64,000 nucleotides of DNA from Candidatus Parcubacteria bacterium (GTDB lineage Bacteria > Patescibacteriota > Minisyncoccia > Phycocordibacterales > JAKFXT01): positions 342,157 through 406,156 of the forward strand of contig JAIOOV010000004.1 of the NCBI GenBank assembly GCA_021414235.1. Reading direction: 5' to 3'. Shown one piece after another: positions 25,876 through 35,323 of this stretch. Below the pieces are notes generated by a model, which worked only from the letters and a program-made list of their open reading frames with translations, was not told the DNA's origin and did no database searches. The translations under genes were made by a program, and so were the position numbers. The number at the start of each line of letters is the position of its first letter. The first letter of the stretch is position 1.

Positions 25876-27450
25876 ATGCGTCTGAATCTCGGCTGCGGAT
25901 ACAATAAATTGCCGGGTTACGTCAATGTGGATCGGGAAGAGGCCTGCACTCCCGATATCATCTGGAATCTCGAGAAGTATCCCTGGCCGTGGCAGGAGAA
26001 TAGTGTGGAGGAGATCGTCTTCGACCACTCGCTCCAGCAGCTTGCTCAGGACCCGCGGGCATATATCCGCCTTTGGCAGGAGGTATACCGGGTCGCGAAG
26101 GATGGTTGTTCTGTGAAGGTGTCTGCGCCGCACTGGCGGAGTGATGCTTTCCTGAACGATCCGCTCAATGTACGCACGGTAACCCCGGAAGGGCTCGCCA
26201 TGTTCGACAACGTGCGCAACCTGCGGGATGAGGCGAGCGGAGGAAGGGAGACCAAGCTCGGCATCTTCGCGGGTATCGACTTGGATTGCGAGCCTGCTTC
26301 TGCGCAGTACCGTTTCGTGCCGGAAGTAGCAGAGGCCCTACGGAACGGACATATCCCATATGAGAGGGTACGTGCGCTCCTGGAGCATGAGGGGAATGTG
26401 GCGCAGTCCTTTGCGCTTGAAATGAAGATCGTGAAGCCAGCGCGTGCTACGCTCTTTGCGAATGGAAAAGGATTAGAAAAACCGAAGCGCGCTCACCCCC
26501 ATGTGCTCTTCGTCACCGAGGAGCCGGTAGGCTTCATATTTGATTACAATTTCTGGGGGTCCCTGGAAGCAGCAGGAGTGGCTACGTACAGTCGCTTCCA
26601 CTTGGATACTTTTCGCACTCGTCACGGTTACTCCGGGGATCTGGAGCTCATCAAGCATTGTCTCCGGGAGAAGCCTGACCTCATTATCCTGCAGTGCCAT
26701 TCTCTTGATGGAGTGAGCGGACCTACCAAGGAAACTCTGCAGACGATAAAGAAGCATCTCAAGATCCCCATAGTCTCCGTCTGGTCTGACTCGGAAACGC
26801 ACTATTTCGGCATTAGTGATGAGATCGCAGAGTTCGCGGCGCTCGCGGTGGTCTGGGATTCTGCCGAGGCATATCGCAAGGACAGCAAGCTGACCGAACG
26901 CTACGCCGCTCTCTGGACGCCATATGACACACGCGTGTTTGGCGACATGGGGCTGCCGCGGGATATAGACGTCTGTTTCGCTGGCACCATAGAGGGGGCG
27001 CATCCGGAGAGGGAAGAGATGATTAAGGCTCTACGGGATGCGGGAATAAACGTGGTGACGCTAGGTAGCAACAAGGATGTGCTGAAGAAGGTGAGCATCC
27101 AGGAATATGCCAGCGTGCTGCAGCGCTCCAAGATTTCCCTCAATTTCTCAAAGACCACTACGGGTCTGGTGCAGCTCAAGGGTCGTGTATTTGAGACGAT
27201 GTTTTGCGGTGCGCTCCTCATGGAGCAGGAGGGGAGCGAGACCCCGCGTTTCTTCAAAGAAGGAGAGGAGTATGTGCAGTTTAGAGATATAGAGGATTTG
27301 ATTGCAAAGGTTAAGAAGTATCTGGCGGATGATACAGGGCGGGAGCGCATTGCTAAGAATGGTCAGCGTATGGCGCTTGAGAAGTACTCACCTAAGAAAT
27401 ATTGGATGGAGATATTCCGCCGGGTGTTGGAGAAGAATCACGGGTTTTAA
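25876..27450 (+). CDS. Bifunctional-looking protein: N-terminal class I SAM-methyltransferase-like domain fused to a C-terminal CgeB-type glycosyltransferase domain
   Basis: MRLNLGCGYNKLPGYVNVD plus the acidic IVFDHSLQQL motif (methyltransferase); C-terminal CFAGTIEGAHPEREEM..FETMFCGALLMEQ..GEEYVQFRD region is CgeB/Glyco_trans_1_2-like. TTGACA-N17-TAGCAT lies close to the ATG. Confidence 0.6.
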   Translation: MRLNLGCGYNKLPGYVNVDREEACTPDIIWNLEKYPWPWQENSVEEIVFDHSLQQLAQDPRAYIRLWQEVYRVAKDGCSVKVSAPHWRSDAFLNDPLNVRTVTPEGLAMFDNVRNLRDEASGGRETKLGIFAGIDLDCEPASAQYRFVPEVAEALRNGHIPYERVRALLEHEGNVAQSFALEMKIVKPARATLFANGKGLEKPKRAHPHVLFVTEEPVGFIFDYNFWGSLEAAGVATYSRFHLDTFRTRHGYSGDLELIKHCLREKPDLIILQCHSLDGVSGPTKETLQTIKKHLKIPIVSVWSDSETHYFGISDEIAEFAALAVVWDSAEAYRKDSKLTERYAALWTPYDTRVFGDMGLPRDIDVCFAGTIEGAHPEREEMIKALRDAGINVVTLGSNKDVLKKVSIQEYASVLQRSKISLNFSKTTTGLVQLKGRVFETMFCGALLMEQEGSETPRFFKEGEEYVQFRDIEDLIAKVKKYLADDTGRERIAKNGQRMALEKYSPKKYWMEIFRRVLEKNHGF

Positions 27451-27499
27451 AACCAAAGGCCTCTCCCGACGAGTGTCGGGAGAGGCGGTGCAGTAGATG

Positions 27500-27817
27500 C
27501 TATTGCAGGATGATGATGGTCGGGTTGCCGACATCCCAGCCCACGAACTCGTCGCCGAAGCGCCGTCTGAGCTGATCACGGTGGGCGTGAAAGAACTTGT
27601 CGTAAGCCTTCTTGCCGGGACGCGGAAGCGTGTACTGAAATCCGATAGCCCGCTGGTCTTTTGCGCTTTCGCGCACGTGGAGTTGCGTGTATCCGGGCTG
27701 CGCTGCTCTCCATTCCATGGCAAGCGCTACTAGAACTTCCGGAGGCACGCTTTTGTGGAATTTCCACACACCTGTAACGACCTGCGGATTTTCGACAACC
27801 TGTGTCATCTGAGCCAT
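27500..27817 (-). CDS. Hypothetical small protein
   Basis: AGGAGAG RBS, 105 aa, no recognised domain. Confidence 0.4.
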   Translation of the reverse strand: MAQMTQVVENPQVVTGVWKFHKSVPPEVLVALAMEWRAAQPGYTQLHVRESAKDQRAIGFQYTLPRPGKKAYDKFFHAHRDQLRRRFGDEFVGWDVGNPTIIILQ

Positions 27818-27923
27818 CGACGCTCTCCTGAGAGGTACGCACGACTGCGCACCTATTCAGCATGCTATGAAAGTGTATATATGTCAATAGTTATGTTGTA
27901 CCATTCAAAATTAAAGCGGCGAA

Positions 27924-29318
27924 TTAGAAAGGATAGATTCGCACGCCCTTGCTGGTATCTTCGAGTCCAAATCCTCTTTCTTTAAGTTCATCACGTAGTC
28001 GGTCGGAGGTGGGGAAGTCTTTGCTGGTGCGAGCGGACTCGCGTTCCCTGGCGAGCGCGAGGATGTCGTCGGGGATGACCTGATTGAGACCGAGAGCCAG
28101 TACCGTATCCATGCGAGCGAGAGCATCTTGCTTGGCTTCTTCATCCACATTCTCGTCCTTGGCGAGCTCAAAGGCGGCGGCGAGAGCTTGGGGAGTATTC
28201 AAGTCGTCTTCGAGGGCTTCTAGGAATTTCTGTTCGTAGGCTTGAGTGTCATCGGAGCCTGAAGGCTTTTCGCCTAGGGTGATTTGAGAAGCGGATTTGA
28301 CCAGCTGGGCGCGGGCAGAGCGAGCGCCCTCTAATGCTTCCCAGGAGAAGTTCATAGGGGAGCGGTAGTGGCCAGAGAGGAGCCAGAAGCGGTAGTCGAG
28401 AGGGCTGAAACCTTTTTCTTCTATATCTCGTAGCGAGAAGGTGTTACCGAGAGACTTGGAGATCTTCTGATCTTCAATGTTTATGAAAGCATTGTGCATC
28501 CAGAAGCGAGAGAGGGGTTTCCCCGTAGCGCTCTCAGACTGAGCGATCTCGTTGGTGTGATGCACTGGGATGTGGTCGATGCCGCCGGTGTGGATGTCGA
28601 AGGTCTCACCGAGGTAGCGCATGCTCATGGCAGAGCACTCGATGTGCCAGCCAGGGAAGCCTTTGCCCCAAGGGCTTTGCCAACCGAGTGCTTCATCAAA
28701 TTTCCAAAGAGCGAAGTCGCGAGGGTTCTTCTTTTCTGCATTTGCGCCGATGCGGGAGCGACTCTCGTCTACTGGAGGAAGTTCCTTACCGGCCAGCTTT
28801 CCATAATGAGGGTCTTTGGAGGTGTCGAAATATAAGCCGTCGGAGGTTTTGTAGAGGAAACCCTTGTTCTCGAGTCGTTCCAGGAGGGCGATATCCTCAG
28901 TAATGTGCTCGCTCGCGCGGGGCAGTTCGTGCGGAGCGAGGATGTTCATGGCTTCCAAGTCCTTCTTGAAGGCTTCCATATAGAAGGTGCCGAGCTCGAG
29001 CATGGCCTCCCGAGTGAGGGGTTTGCCTTCACGTTTGAGGGCCACGGTCATCTTGTCTTCGGTATCATCCGCATCTCCCACCAGATGTCCTATGTCGGTG
29101 ATATTGATGACCTGTTTGGTGGAGTAACCGAGCTTCTCCAGAGTACGGCGCAGTATATCTGCAAAGGTAAAAGAGCGGAGATTGCCGATATGGGCGTAGT
29201 CGTAGACGGTAGGGCCGCAATGGTACATCCGCACTTCATACGGAGGTGTGGGAGTGAAGTCTTCTTTTTGTCTGGAGACGGTGTTGTAGAGGCGGAGAGG
29301 CATGTGAGTTATAGCCAC
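27924..29318 (-). CDS. cysS: Cysteinyl-tRNA synthetase
   Basis: HCGPTVYDYAHIGN (HIGH) and KMSKSLGN, 464 aa. Confidence 0.9.
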   Translation of the reverse strand: MAITHMPLRLYNTVSRQKEDFTPTPPYEVRMYHCGPTVYDYAHIGNLRSFTFADILRRTLEKLGYSTKQVINITDIGHLVGDADDTEDKMTVALKREGKPLTREAMLELGTFYMEAFKKDLEAMNILAPHELPRASEHITEDIALLERLENKGFLYKTSDGLYFDTSKDPHYGKLAGKELPPVDESRSRIGANAEKKNPRDFALWKFDEALGWQSPWGKGFPGWHIECSAMSMRYLGETFDIHTGGIDHIPVHHTNEIAQSESATGKPLSRFWMHNAFINIEDQKISKSLGNTFSLRDIEEKGFSPLDYRFWLLSGHYRSPMNFSWEALEGARSARAQLVKSASQITLGEKPSGSDDTQAYEQKFLEALEDDLNTPQALAAAFELAKDENVDEEAKQDALARMDTVLALGLNQVIPDDILALARERESARTSKDFPTSDRLRDELKERGFGLEDTSKGVRIYPF

Positions 29319-30226
29319 TTCTTGTATCTAAAGTACACCACGATACTTGCGAGAGCGAGGAGCATGAGGATGATCACTCCGTAGAAGCCGTTCGCTACGT
29401 CGGTGAAGGGCTTGCCCTGTACTTCCATGGCAAAGAGTTCGGCGATGAGGGAGAGCGGCAGGATAGCGAAGGAGATGACGGTGAGCGTGCGGATGACCTC
29501 ATTCTGCTTGGCAGAGACGAGCGCGTCGTGGGTGAGGCGTAGTTCGTGGAGGAGTTCCTTGTTGCTCTCGAGCGCCTCGCGTACGCGGTAGTAGGCGCCC
29601 ATGGCCCCAGAGAGGCTGTCTTTGAAGTCTTCTCCGAAGAGCTGGGCACCTGAGCTCTCCAGTGAGGTCAGCACTTCGTGGTGAAGGCGGGTAGCCTGCT
29701 TTGACGCGAGGAGTTCACGGCCAGCAAAGGAGAGCTTGCCTACTAGGTCGCGGGCATTCTCGTCGAAGACGCTTTTCTCTATGGCGATGAGCGTACTCTC
29801 TAGGTGCTCCAGGTCGTGGAGGAGGGAACCGTAGAGGCTTTTGAGGAGGTGGGAAAAGAGGTGTCCGGCATGGGCTCCATTCTTTTCTCCACGATCTCTG
29901 AGTGCTCCCACCTCAAAGGCTTTGGCGAAGACGCGCAGCGGCTCGATACTCTCGTAGCGTACGGTGAGGAGGAAATTCTTGCCGATGACGAAATCTATTT
30001 CATGGCTGCCTCCGGTGCGTACATTGGGACCCGCAGCAGGGAAGTGGAGGATGAGATACAGGTGGTCGGCATAGAGATCGACTCTCGGTTTGGCGGTAGG
30101 GGTGAAGAGCTCTTCGCCCGCGGAAGGCGCGATGTGATATTCCGCGACCAGCGCGCGGACTTCTTCAGGGGTAGGGCAGGAGGCGTCTATCCAGGTGAGG
30201 CCGTTGTATTGTCGCTTCTCCACCAT
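29309..30226 (-). CDS. CorA-family divalent-cation transporter-like protein
   Basis: Soluble N-domain plus two C-terminal TM helices; FAMEV in place of the canonical YGMNF. Start at MVEKRQ. Overlaps cysS by 10 nt. Confidence 0.65.
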   Translation of the reverse strand: MVEKRQYNGLTWIDASCPTPEEVRALVAEYHIAPSAGEELFTPTAKPRVDLYADHLYLILHFPAAGPNVRTGGSHEIDFVIGKNFLLTVRYESIEPLRVFAKAFEVGALRDRGEKNGAHAGHLFSHLLKSLYGSLLHDLEHLESTLIAIEKSVFDENARDLVGKLSFAGRELLASKQATRLHHEVLTSLESSGAQLFGEDFKDSLSGAMGAYYRVREALESNKELLHELRLTHDALVSAKQNEVIRTLTVISFAILPLSLIAELFAMEVQGKPFTDVANGFYGVIILMLLALASIVVYFRYKKWL

Positions 30227-30307
30227 ATGCGTATGTCGATAAGTATACCCGATGCAGCGCATTTACTTATACCAAACGCTTTGAGATAATCCTCAGATAT
30301 ATTTCGT

Positions 30308-31516
30308 ATGCCTTCCTCCAGCTATTCTCGCTACATCGTCAAAGGTCTCCTCGCGCTCGCCATCTTTGCAGGCGGCGTATATAGCGCACCTCTCTTCCGG
30401 TCTTCTGTTGCTTCTGTAGGTGCGGTCAATACTCAGTCGGATGTAAAAGCCGACTTCGGTCCCTTCTGGGATGCGTGGGCGCTCCTCAATGAGAAGTATG
30501 GCGGCGACACGGTCCCTACCGATCAGGAAAAGGTCTGGGGAGCCATCTCTGGGCTTGCCTCCTCCTACGGCGATCCGTACACGGTCTTCTTCCCGCCGGT
30601 AGAATCCAAGAACTTTGAGAGCGATATCGCAGGTAACTTCGAGGGCGTGGGTATGGAGATCGGTATCCGGGATGATGCGCTGGTAGTCATTGCGCCTCTC
30701 AAAGACACCCCGGCAGCCCGTGCAGGCATCCTCGCGGGAGACAAGATACTCCGTATCGGCACCACTACGACCGCAGGTCTTGGCGTGGACAAGGCGGTCA
30801 AGCTCATCAGGGGACCGCGTGCGACTCAGGTGACGCTCCTTCTCTCTCGCGAGGGTATCGGGCAGCCTTTTGAAAAGACGCTCACCCGCGCGCAGATCGA
30901 TATCCCCACGGTGCGTACGGAGATGCGCAAGGACGGCGTTTTCGTCATTAGTCTCTATAACTTCTCGGCTCCCTCCATGGGACTCTTCCGGAACGCGCTC
31001 CGTGAGTTCGTAAGCTCAGGTACCGACAAGCTCATCCTCGACCTCCGTAACAACCCTGGCGGTTACCTGGAAGCCTCTGTGGATATGGCCAGCTGGTTCC
31101 TGCCTGCGGGCAAGACGGTGGTGAGGGAGGATTTCGGCAAGGAAGAGAGCGAACAGATCTATCGCAGTAAAGGCTATGACATTTTCACTGATCAGCTCAA
31201 ATTCGCCATCCTGGTGAACGGTGGCTCCGCTTCCGCTTCCGAGATTTTAGCAGGTGCGCTCCAGGATCATAAGAAAGCGATTCTCGTAGGAGAGAAGACC
31301 TTCGGAAAGGGCTCTGTGCAGGAATTGGTTAAGATCACTCCGGAGACTTCGCTCAAGGTGACCATCGCACGTTGGCTTACTCCGAACGGTCTTTCCATCT
31401 CGCACAACGGACTCACTCCGGACGTAGTGGTGTCTCTCTCTACGACCACTCCTAAAGGCGAAGTGCCGGTAGATACGCAGATGGAGAAGGCAGCGGCGCT
31501 CCTTAAGGCACGCTAG
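30308..31516 (+). CDS. ctpA: Carboxy-terminal processing peptidase (S41 family, PDZ domain)
   Basis: Signal/TM N-terminus, PDZ domain, S41 catalytic region GGSASASEILAGAL..K. Confidence 0.85.
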   Translation: MPSSSYSRYIVKGLLALAIFAGGVYSAPLFRSSVASVGAVNTQSDVKADFGPFWDAWALLNEKYGGDTVPTDQEKVWGAISGLASSYGDPYTVFFPPVESKNFESDIAGNFEGVGMEIGIRDDALVVIAPLKDTPAARAGILAGDKILRIGTTTTAGLGVDKAVKLIRGPRATQVTLLLSREGIGQPFEKTLTRAQIDIPTVRTEMRKDGVFVISLYNFSAPSMGLFRNALREFVSSGTDKLILDLRNNPGGYLEASVDMASWFLPAGKTVVREDFGKEESEQIYRSKGYDIFTDQLKFAILVNGGSASASEILAGALQDHKKAILVGEKTFGKGSVQELVKITPETSLKVTIARWLTPNGLSISHNGLTPDVVVSLSTTTPKGEVPVDTQMEKAAALLKAR

Positions 31517-31551
31517 GGGACAGACAGGCTTTTTCTTGATAGGTTAGGGGT

Positions 31552-31995
31552 ATGAAAGTAGTGCTATTGAAGGATGTCCCAAAGTTCGGGCGGAAGAACG
31601 AGGTCAAAGATGTCTCCGACGGCTACGCGGCTAATTTCCTCTTTCCGCGTAAGCTGGCCCAGCCCGCTACGGCAGCACTCCTCGCCAAGGTGGGGGAGAT
31701 GAGCCTAAAGAGTGCCGCCCAAGAGAAAGTGCATAGCGCCTTCTTCGCTAAGCACCTGCGGACGCTTGAGGAGACGCCGGTGGTCCTCTACGGCAAGGCC
31801 AACGAACAGGGGCATCTCTTCGCAGGTATTCATAAGGAAGCCGTACTCAGTGCGATCTGGGAGAAAGTGGGTGCGGAGTTCCCCAAAGAAGCGCTGTTAC
31901 TTGATAAGGCGATCCGTACGACGGGGGTCACGCGGATTCCGGTGGAAGCCCATGGTCAGAAGGGCTTCGTGACGGTGGAGGTGAAGGGGAAGTAG
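31552..31995 (+). CDS. rplI: 50S ribosomal protein L9
   Basis: MKVVLLKDVPKFGRKNEVKDVSDGYAANFLFP, 147 aa. Confidence 0.9.
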   Translation: MKVVLLKDVPKFGRKNEVKDVSDGYAANFLFPRKLAQPATAALLAKVGEMSLKSAAQEKVHSAFFAKHLRTLEETPVVLYGKANEQGHLFAGIHKEAVLSAIWEKVGAEFPKEALLLDKAIRTTGVTRIPVEAHGQKGFVTVEVKGK

Positions 31996-32009
31996 TTTAT
32001 AAAAAAGTG

Positions 32010-32036
32010 AATCCCGCGCCAGATTGGCGCGGGATT
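32010..32036 (-). terminator. Hairpin whose U-tract is on the minus strand, 330 nt downstream of the minus gene ending at 32368
   Basis: aatcccgcgcc-agat-tggcgcgggatt. An A-run precedes it on + (a U-run follows on -). There is no U-run for the + strand rplI transcript. Confidence 0.5.
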
Positions 32037-32367
32037 GTGCCGAGAGGGTGAACTCAGGCGGCGGCGAACCTGCCCTGTGCTCCTTCCGGATTAATATTCC
32101 CGGGCAGAGAAGAGGGAGTGATTGTGGAGATCTCCCAGAGACCGAGAGCTGGCCTGATGGGGACTGGCAAGCACTGTTGCTGTGCAGCAACTGCCAGGTG
32201 GTAGGTGGACGGCATGATGGGTTCCGACGACACGATAACTTCTCCAGTCTTTTTGCAATTAAAGAACAGTGTGCCCTTTTGTTATCGGCGAAATGAGAAG
32301 CGATGTCAAATTGTGGATTAGGGAAACCGCCCGCACCAAGGTGCGAGCGGCGTAGTTGCGGGGGTGT

Positions 32368-32868
32368 TTATGAAGCCTTCAGGAAGATGACCTCCTGGTT
32401 GAATCTCTTCCTCACGAAGTCCCTTACTTCTCTGTGGAAGAACTTCGGGGTGACGCGGGGCATATACTCTCGGCACTCCGAGCGTGGTTGTCCGGGCCTC
32501 GGCAGGTCAAAGGCAAAGCAGGCAAAGAGTTGGGGGAGAAGAGTTGTGCCCCGGCCCATGCCTGCTTTTTCCGGTTCGACGCCTTCGACGTAGATGGCGA
32601 AGGCGCTACTAGAGATGGTGAAGGGGACCGTGTCCCGACGGACAAGTCCACCTTCTCCGGGGGTGAGGTACTCCTGTCGGAGAAATTGTCCTTCGCACCA
32701 GTCGATCACTCGCAGGTAACCGATAGAGAAGTCGTACGGGTTCTTACGTTGGCCGAGGAATGGCAGGTAGGGGTATTGCGCCGAGAAATGGTTCTGCAGC
32801 TTCTCCACGAGCTTTTTTGTGAAGGCCTGGCAGTCGGTCACTTCGGCATAGGGCCCGATTGTGTCCAC
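32368..32868 (-). CDS. Hypothetical protein (GTG start)
   Basis: AGGAGG RBS 7 nt upstream of GTG; 166 aa; no recognised domain. Confidence 0.4.
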   Translation of the reverse strand: MDTIGPYAEVTDCQAFTKKLVEKLQNHFSAQYPYLPFLGQRKNPYDFSIGYLRVIDWCEGQFLRQEYLTPGEGGLVRRDTVPFTISSSAFAIYVEGVEPEKAGMGRGTTLLPQLFACFAFDLPRPGQPRSECREYMPRVTPKFFHREVRDFVRKRFNQEVIFLKAS

Positions 32869-32923
32869 GATGGGTCCTCCTGTTCAGTTCTGGCTGCAGG
32901 ATAGCGCTTTGGCGTTAAAAAGC

Positions 32924-32952
32924 AAAAACCCCGCCTTTTGAGCGGGGTTTTT
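32924..32952. terminator. Bidirectional terminator downstream of rpmA
   Basis: aaaaaccccgc-cttttgag-cggggttttt. Confidence 0.7.
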
Positions 32953-32954
32953 GT

Positions 32955-33227
32955 TTACTTTACGTTGACTACTTTCTTGATGAGAGTTTTCCCGTCAAAG
33001 TGCTTCTTGCGGGTAGAGGAGAAGGAGACGATGCCAGGCTTGAGAGCGAAGAGAGTGTGGTCTTTGCCCATGCCGACGTTTACTCCCGGGAGGATGCGGG
33101 TGCCGCGCTGGCGTATGATGACAGAGCCCTCTTTGGCAGTCTCGCCTTCATAGAGCTTAGTACCCAGGTATTTGGGCTGTGAGTCGCGTAGGTTTTTGGC
33201 TGAACCGCCAGCTTTTTTCGTTGCCAT
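32955..33227 (-). CDS. rpmA: 50S ribosomal protein L27
   Basis: [35 protein letters not shown], 90 aa. Confidence 0.9.
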   Translation of the reverse strand: MATKKAGGSAKNLRDSQPKYLGTKLYEGETAKEGSVIIRQRGTRILPGVNVGMGKDHTLFALKPGIVSFSSTRKKHFDGKTLIKKVVNVK

Positions 33228-33251
33228 AGCTTGCTTTTACCGTATAATTAA

Positions 33252-33650
33252 GTGCGTGTGATTATACGAGATGCCTTGGATAAAATCAAGGGCGCTCTGC
33301 TCTCTGTGCCACGGGAGCTCTTTGTGGGGGTAATCGTGGTCCTGGTGGGTACCGCCTCCTTCGGCCTCGGGAGGCTTTCAAGTCAGGAGATAGCTAGGAC
33401 CCCGGTCAGGATCTTGTATCCAGAAGGGGAGGGCACAGAAGTGGCTTCAGGGGGGAGAGGAGTGGCTACCGCGGCGGCTGCGGCCGCCCTGAAGCCTTCA
33501 GGAGCCGTAGTAGCCTCCTCCAAGGGAACCAAATATCACTTCTCCTGGTGCCCAGGGGCCAAGAGCATCAGCGAGAAGAACAAGATTTCCTTTGAATCAG
33601 CGGCTCTAGCCGAGAGCGCGGGCTACACGCTGGCAGCCAATTGCAAGTAG
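33252..33650 (+). CDS. Membrane-anchored protein with a C-terminal Ada-type metal-binding-domain-like motif
   Basis: TM helix at residues 23-40; the C-terminal YHFSWCPGAKSISEKNKISFESAALAESAGYTLAANCK resembles Ada_Zn_binding (CRPSC..NVSFY..A..AGFRPCKRC) but keeps only 2 of the 4 Cys. Confidence 0.45.
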   Translation: MRVIIRDALDKIKGALLSVPRELFVGVIVVLVGTASFGLGRLSSQEIARTPVRILYPEGEGTEVASGGRGVATAAAAAALKPSGAVVASSKGTKYHFSWCPGAKSISEKNKISFESAALAESAGYTLAANCK

Positions 33651-33651
33651 T

Positions 33652-33930
33652 ATGTTCAAGAAATTCAAGCCTACCCACAAGCGGATACTCTTAAACTTCT
33701 CCGGCTGGGCGTTGATAGTATTTGGCGGGGTAGGGATTTTCCTGCCAGTCCTCCAGGGCCTCCTCTTCCTTGCCATAGGATTCTATCTCCTCTCGCTCCA
33801 TTCCCCGTGGTTCCATGCAAAGCTGCTGAGCCTCCGGCGTAGGTACCCGCGTTTCGCCGGACCGCTTAAGAGAGTGGACACTTGGGTGCGCAAGCAGTTC
33901 GGGCTGGAGATAGAAACACAATCCGTATGA
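33652..33930 (+). CDS. YbaN/DUF454-family small inner-membrane protein
   Basis: GWALIVFGGVGIFLPVLQGLLFLAIGFYLLSLHSPWFH matches the DUF454 signature; 92 aa. Confidence 0.65.
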   Translation: MFKKFKPTHKRILLNFSGWALIVFGGVGIFLPVLQGLLFLAIGFYLLSLHSPWFHAKLLSLRRRYPRFAGPLKRVDTWVRKQFGLEIETQSV

Positions 33931-34520
33931 TCGTCCTTGATGTAGAAGCGAGCGGTACCGACCCGTACAAGCACTCCTTAGTGAGTATCGGGGCGCTTGA
34001 TTTTAATAATCCCAAGAATCAATTCTATGCAGAGTGCCGCATTTGGGAGGGTGCGCATGTGATGGAGGAAGCGCTCGCGGTCTGCGGCTTCTCAGAAGCG
34101 GAGATCCGCGATCCCAAGAAGAAGAGCGATAAAGAGATCGTGCAGGAATTCCTGGCATGGATGAGCAAAGCGGAGGACCATACCACGGCGGGTCAGAATC
34201 CCTCTTTCGACCGCGACTTCATCAAGGCGACTTGCGAGCGCTATCATCTGGACTATCCGCTGGCGCATCGCACCATCGACACGCACACGGCTGCGTATGT
34301 GCATATGGTGAAGTGGGGAATAGAGCCGCCGGTGGAGCATAAGCGCTCTGCGCTCAATTCCTCCGCCATCCAGCGCTATGTGGGGATACCCGAGGAACCC
34401 AAGCCCCACAATGCGCTGAATGGCGCCAAAGTGGCCGCAGAAGAGCTCTCCCGCCTTCTCTACGACAAGAAGCTCCTGCCGGAATTCAAGGAGTTTGATA
34501 TTCCCTGGCTCGCACGTTAG
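33927..34520 (+). CDS. DEDDh-family 3'-5' exonuclease-like protein (second copy in the window)
   Basis: MIVLDVEASGTDP (Exo I), NPSFDRDFI (Exo II), HNALNGAKV (Exo III, the final Asp is not conserved). Start overlaps the YbaN stop (ATGA). Confidence 0.65.
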   Translation: MIVLDVEASGTDPYKHSLVSIGALDFNNPKNQFYAECRIWEGAHVMEEALAVCGFSEAEIRDPKKKSDKEIVQEFLAWMSKAEDHTTAGQNPSFDRDFIKATCERYHLDYPLAHRTIDTHTAAYVHMVKWGIEPPVEHKRSALNSSAIQRYVGIPEEPKPHNALNGAKVAAEELSRLLYDKKLLPEFKEFDIPWLAR

Positions 34521-34551
34521 GATGCCTTCAAGGCGTTACCGCCTATATTCC

Positions 34552-34824
34552 ATGCCGCGAACTCAGAAGATATATCTCTCGGATACGGACAAGAAGATCG
34601 CCGGTGTCTGCGGGGGACTCGCGGAGCGCTTCGCTCTCGACTCGACACTCGTCCGCTTGGCTTTCGTATTCACAGCGCTGGTGACGGCCATCTTCCCGGT
34701 AGTCTTCACCTATATCGTGGCGATGCTCATCATCCCGCATAAGCCGAAGATGGCGGCTCCTGCCAAGGATCCCTGGAGGGAGTTTGTGGAAACAGAAGAA
34801 GCCAAGGATTTGGATCAGCAGTAA
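34552..34824 (+). CDS. PspC-domain membrane protein
   Basis: IYLSDTDKKIAGVCGGLAERFALDSTLVRLAFV is a PspC-domain signature; one TM helix. Confidence 0.65.
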   Translation: MPRTQKIYLSDTDKKIAGVCGGLAERFALDSTLVRLAFVFTALVTAIFPVVFTYIVAMLIIPHKPKMAAPAKDPWREFVETEEAKDLDQQ

Positions 34825-34828
34825 ATAT

Positions 34829-34902
34829 CGGGCCGTAGTATACCGGTAGTACGCGTCCATGGGGTGGATGTAGACCGGGTTCGATTCCCGGCGGCCCGAC
34901 CA
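34829..34902 (+). tRNA. tRNA-Pro (anticodon GGG), CCA encoded
   Basis: Acceptor CGGGCCG/CGGCCCG, T-arm CCGGG-TTCGATT-CCCGG, anticodon loop AUGGGGU (U33, G37), discriminator A, 3' CCA. Confidence 0.8.
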
Positions 34903-34912
34903 AAATTTATAC

Positions 34913-35260
34913 ATGGTCTCACTTCGAACAGAGGAGGCGAAAAATAAATACAACGAACATCGACGGGTCAGCACCTCGGAACCTTGTCCCTTATGCGGGA
35001 GGGAGGCGATAAAAGCTTTCAAATACTGGAAGATCATACTCAACCATTTCCCTTACGATAGGATCGCGGAAGTGCATCATATGCTCGTGCCTATGCGTCA
35101 CGTGGCTGAGGACGCCCTAGACGAAGAAGAGTTAGAAGAATTGAAAGCCATCAAGACAACCTCCGCACATATGGACTACGACTGGATCATCGAAGCGACC
35201 CACAAGAATAAATCTATTCCTGAACATTTTCATCTACATCTGATAGTTGGGAAGGCGTAA
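34913..35260 (+). CDS. Minimal HIT-superfamily-like protein (histidine triad HFHLHLIV plus CxxC)
   Basis: C-terminal HxHxHxx-hydrophobic HIT motif; N-terminal CPLCG, as in the GalT/Ap4A-phosphorylase branch; 115 aa. Confidence 0.5.
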   Translation: MVSLRTEEAKNKYNEHRRVSTSEPCPLCGREAIKAFKYWKIILNHFPYDRIAEVHHMLVPMRHVAEDALDEEELEELKAIKTTSAHMDYDWIIEATHKNKSIPEHFHLHLIVGKA

Positions 35261-35323
35261 AAACGAAACCAGCGCCTGCCCGGGAGGAGGCAGAGCGCTG
35301 GGATAGGTATGAGGATTTCCTCT

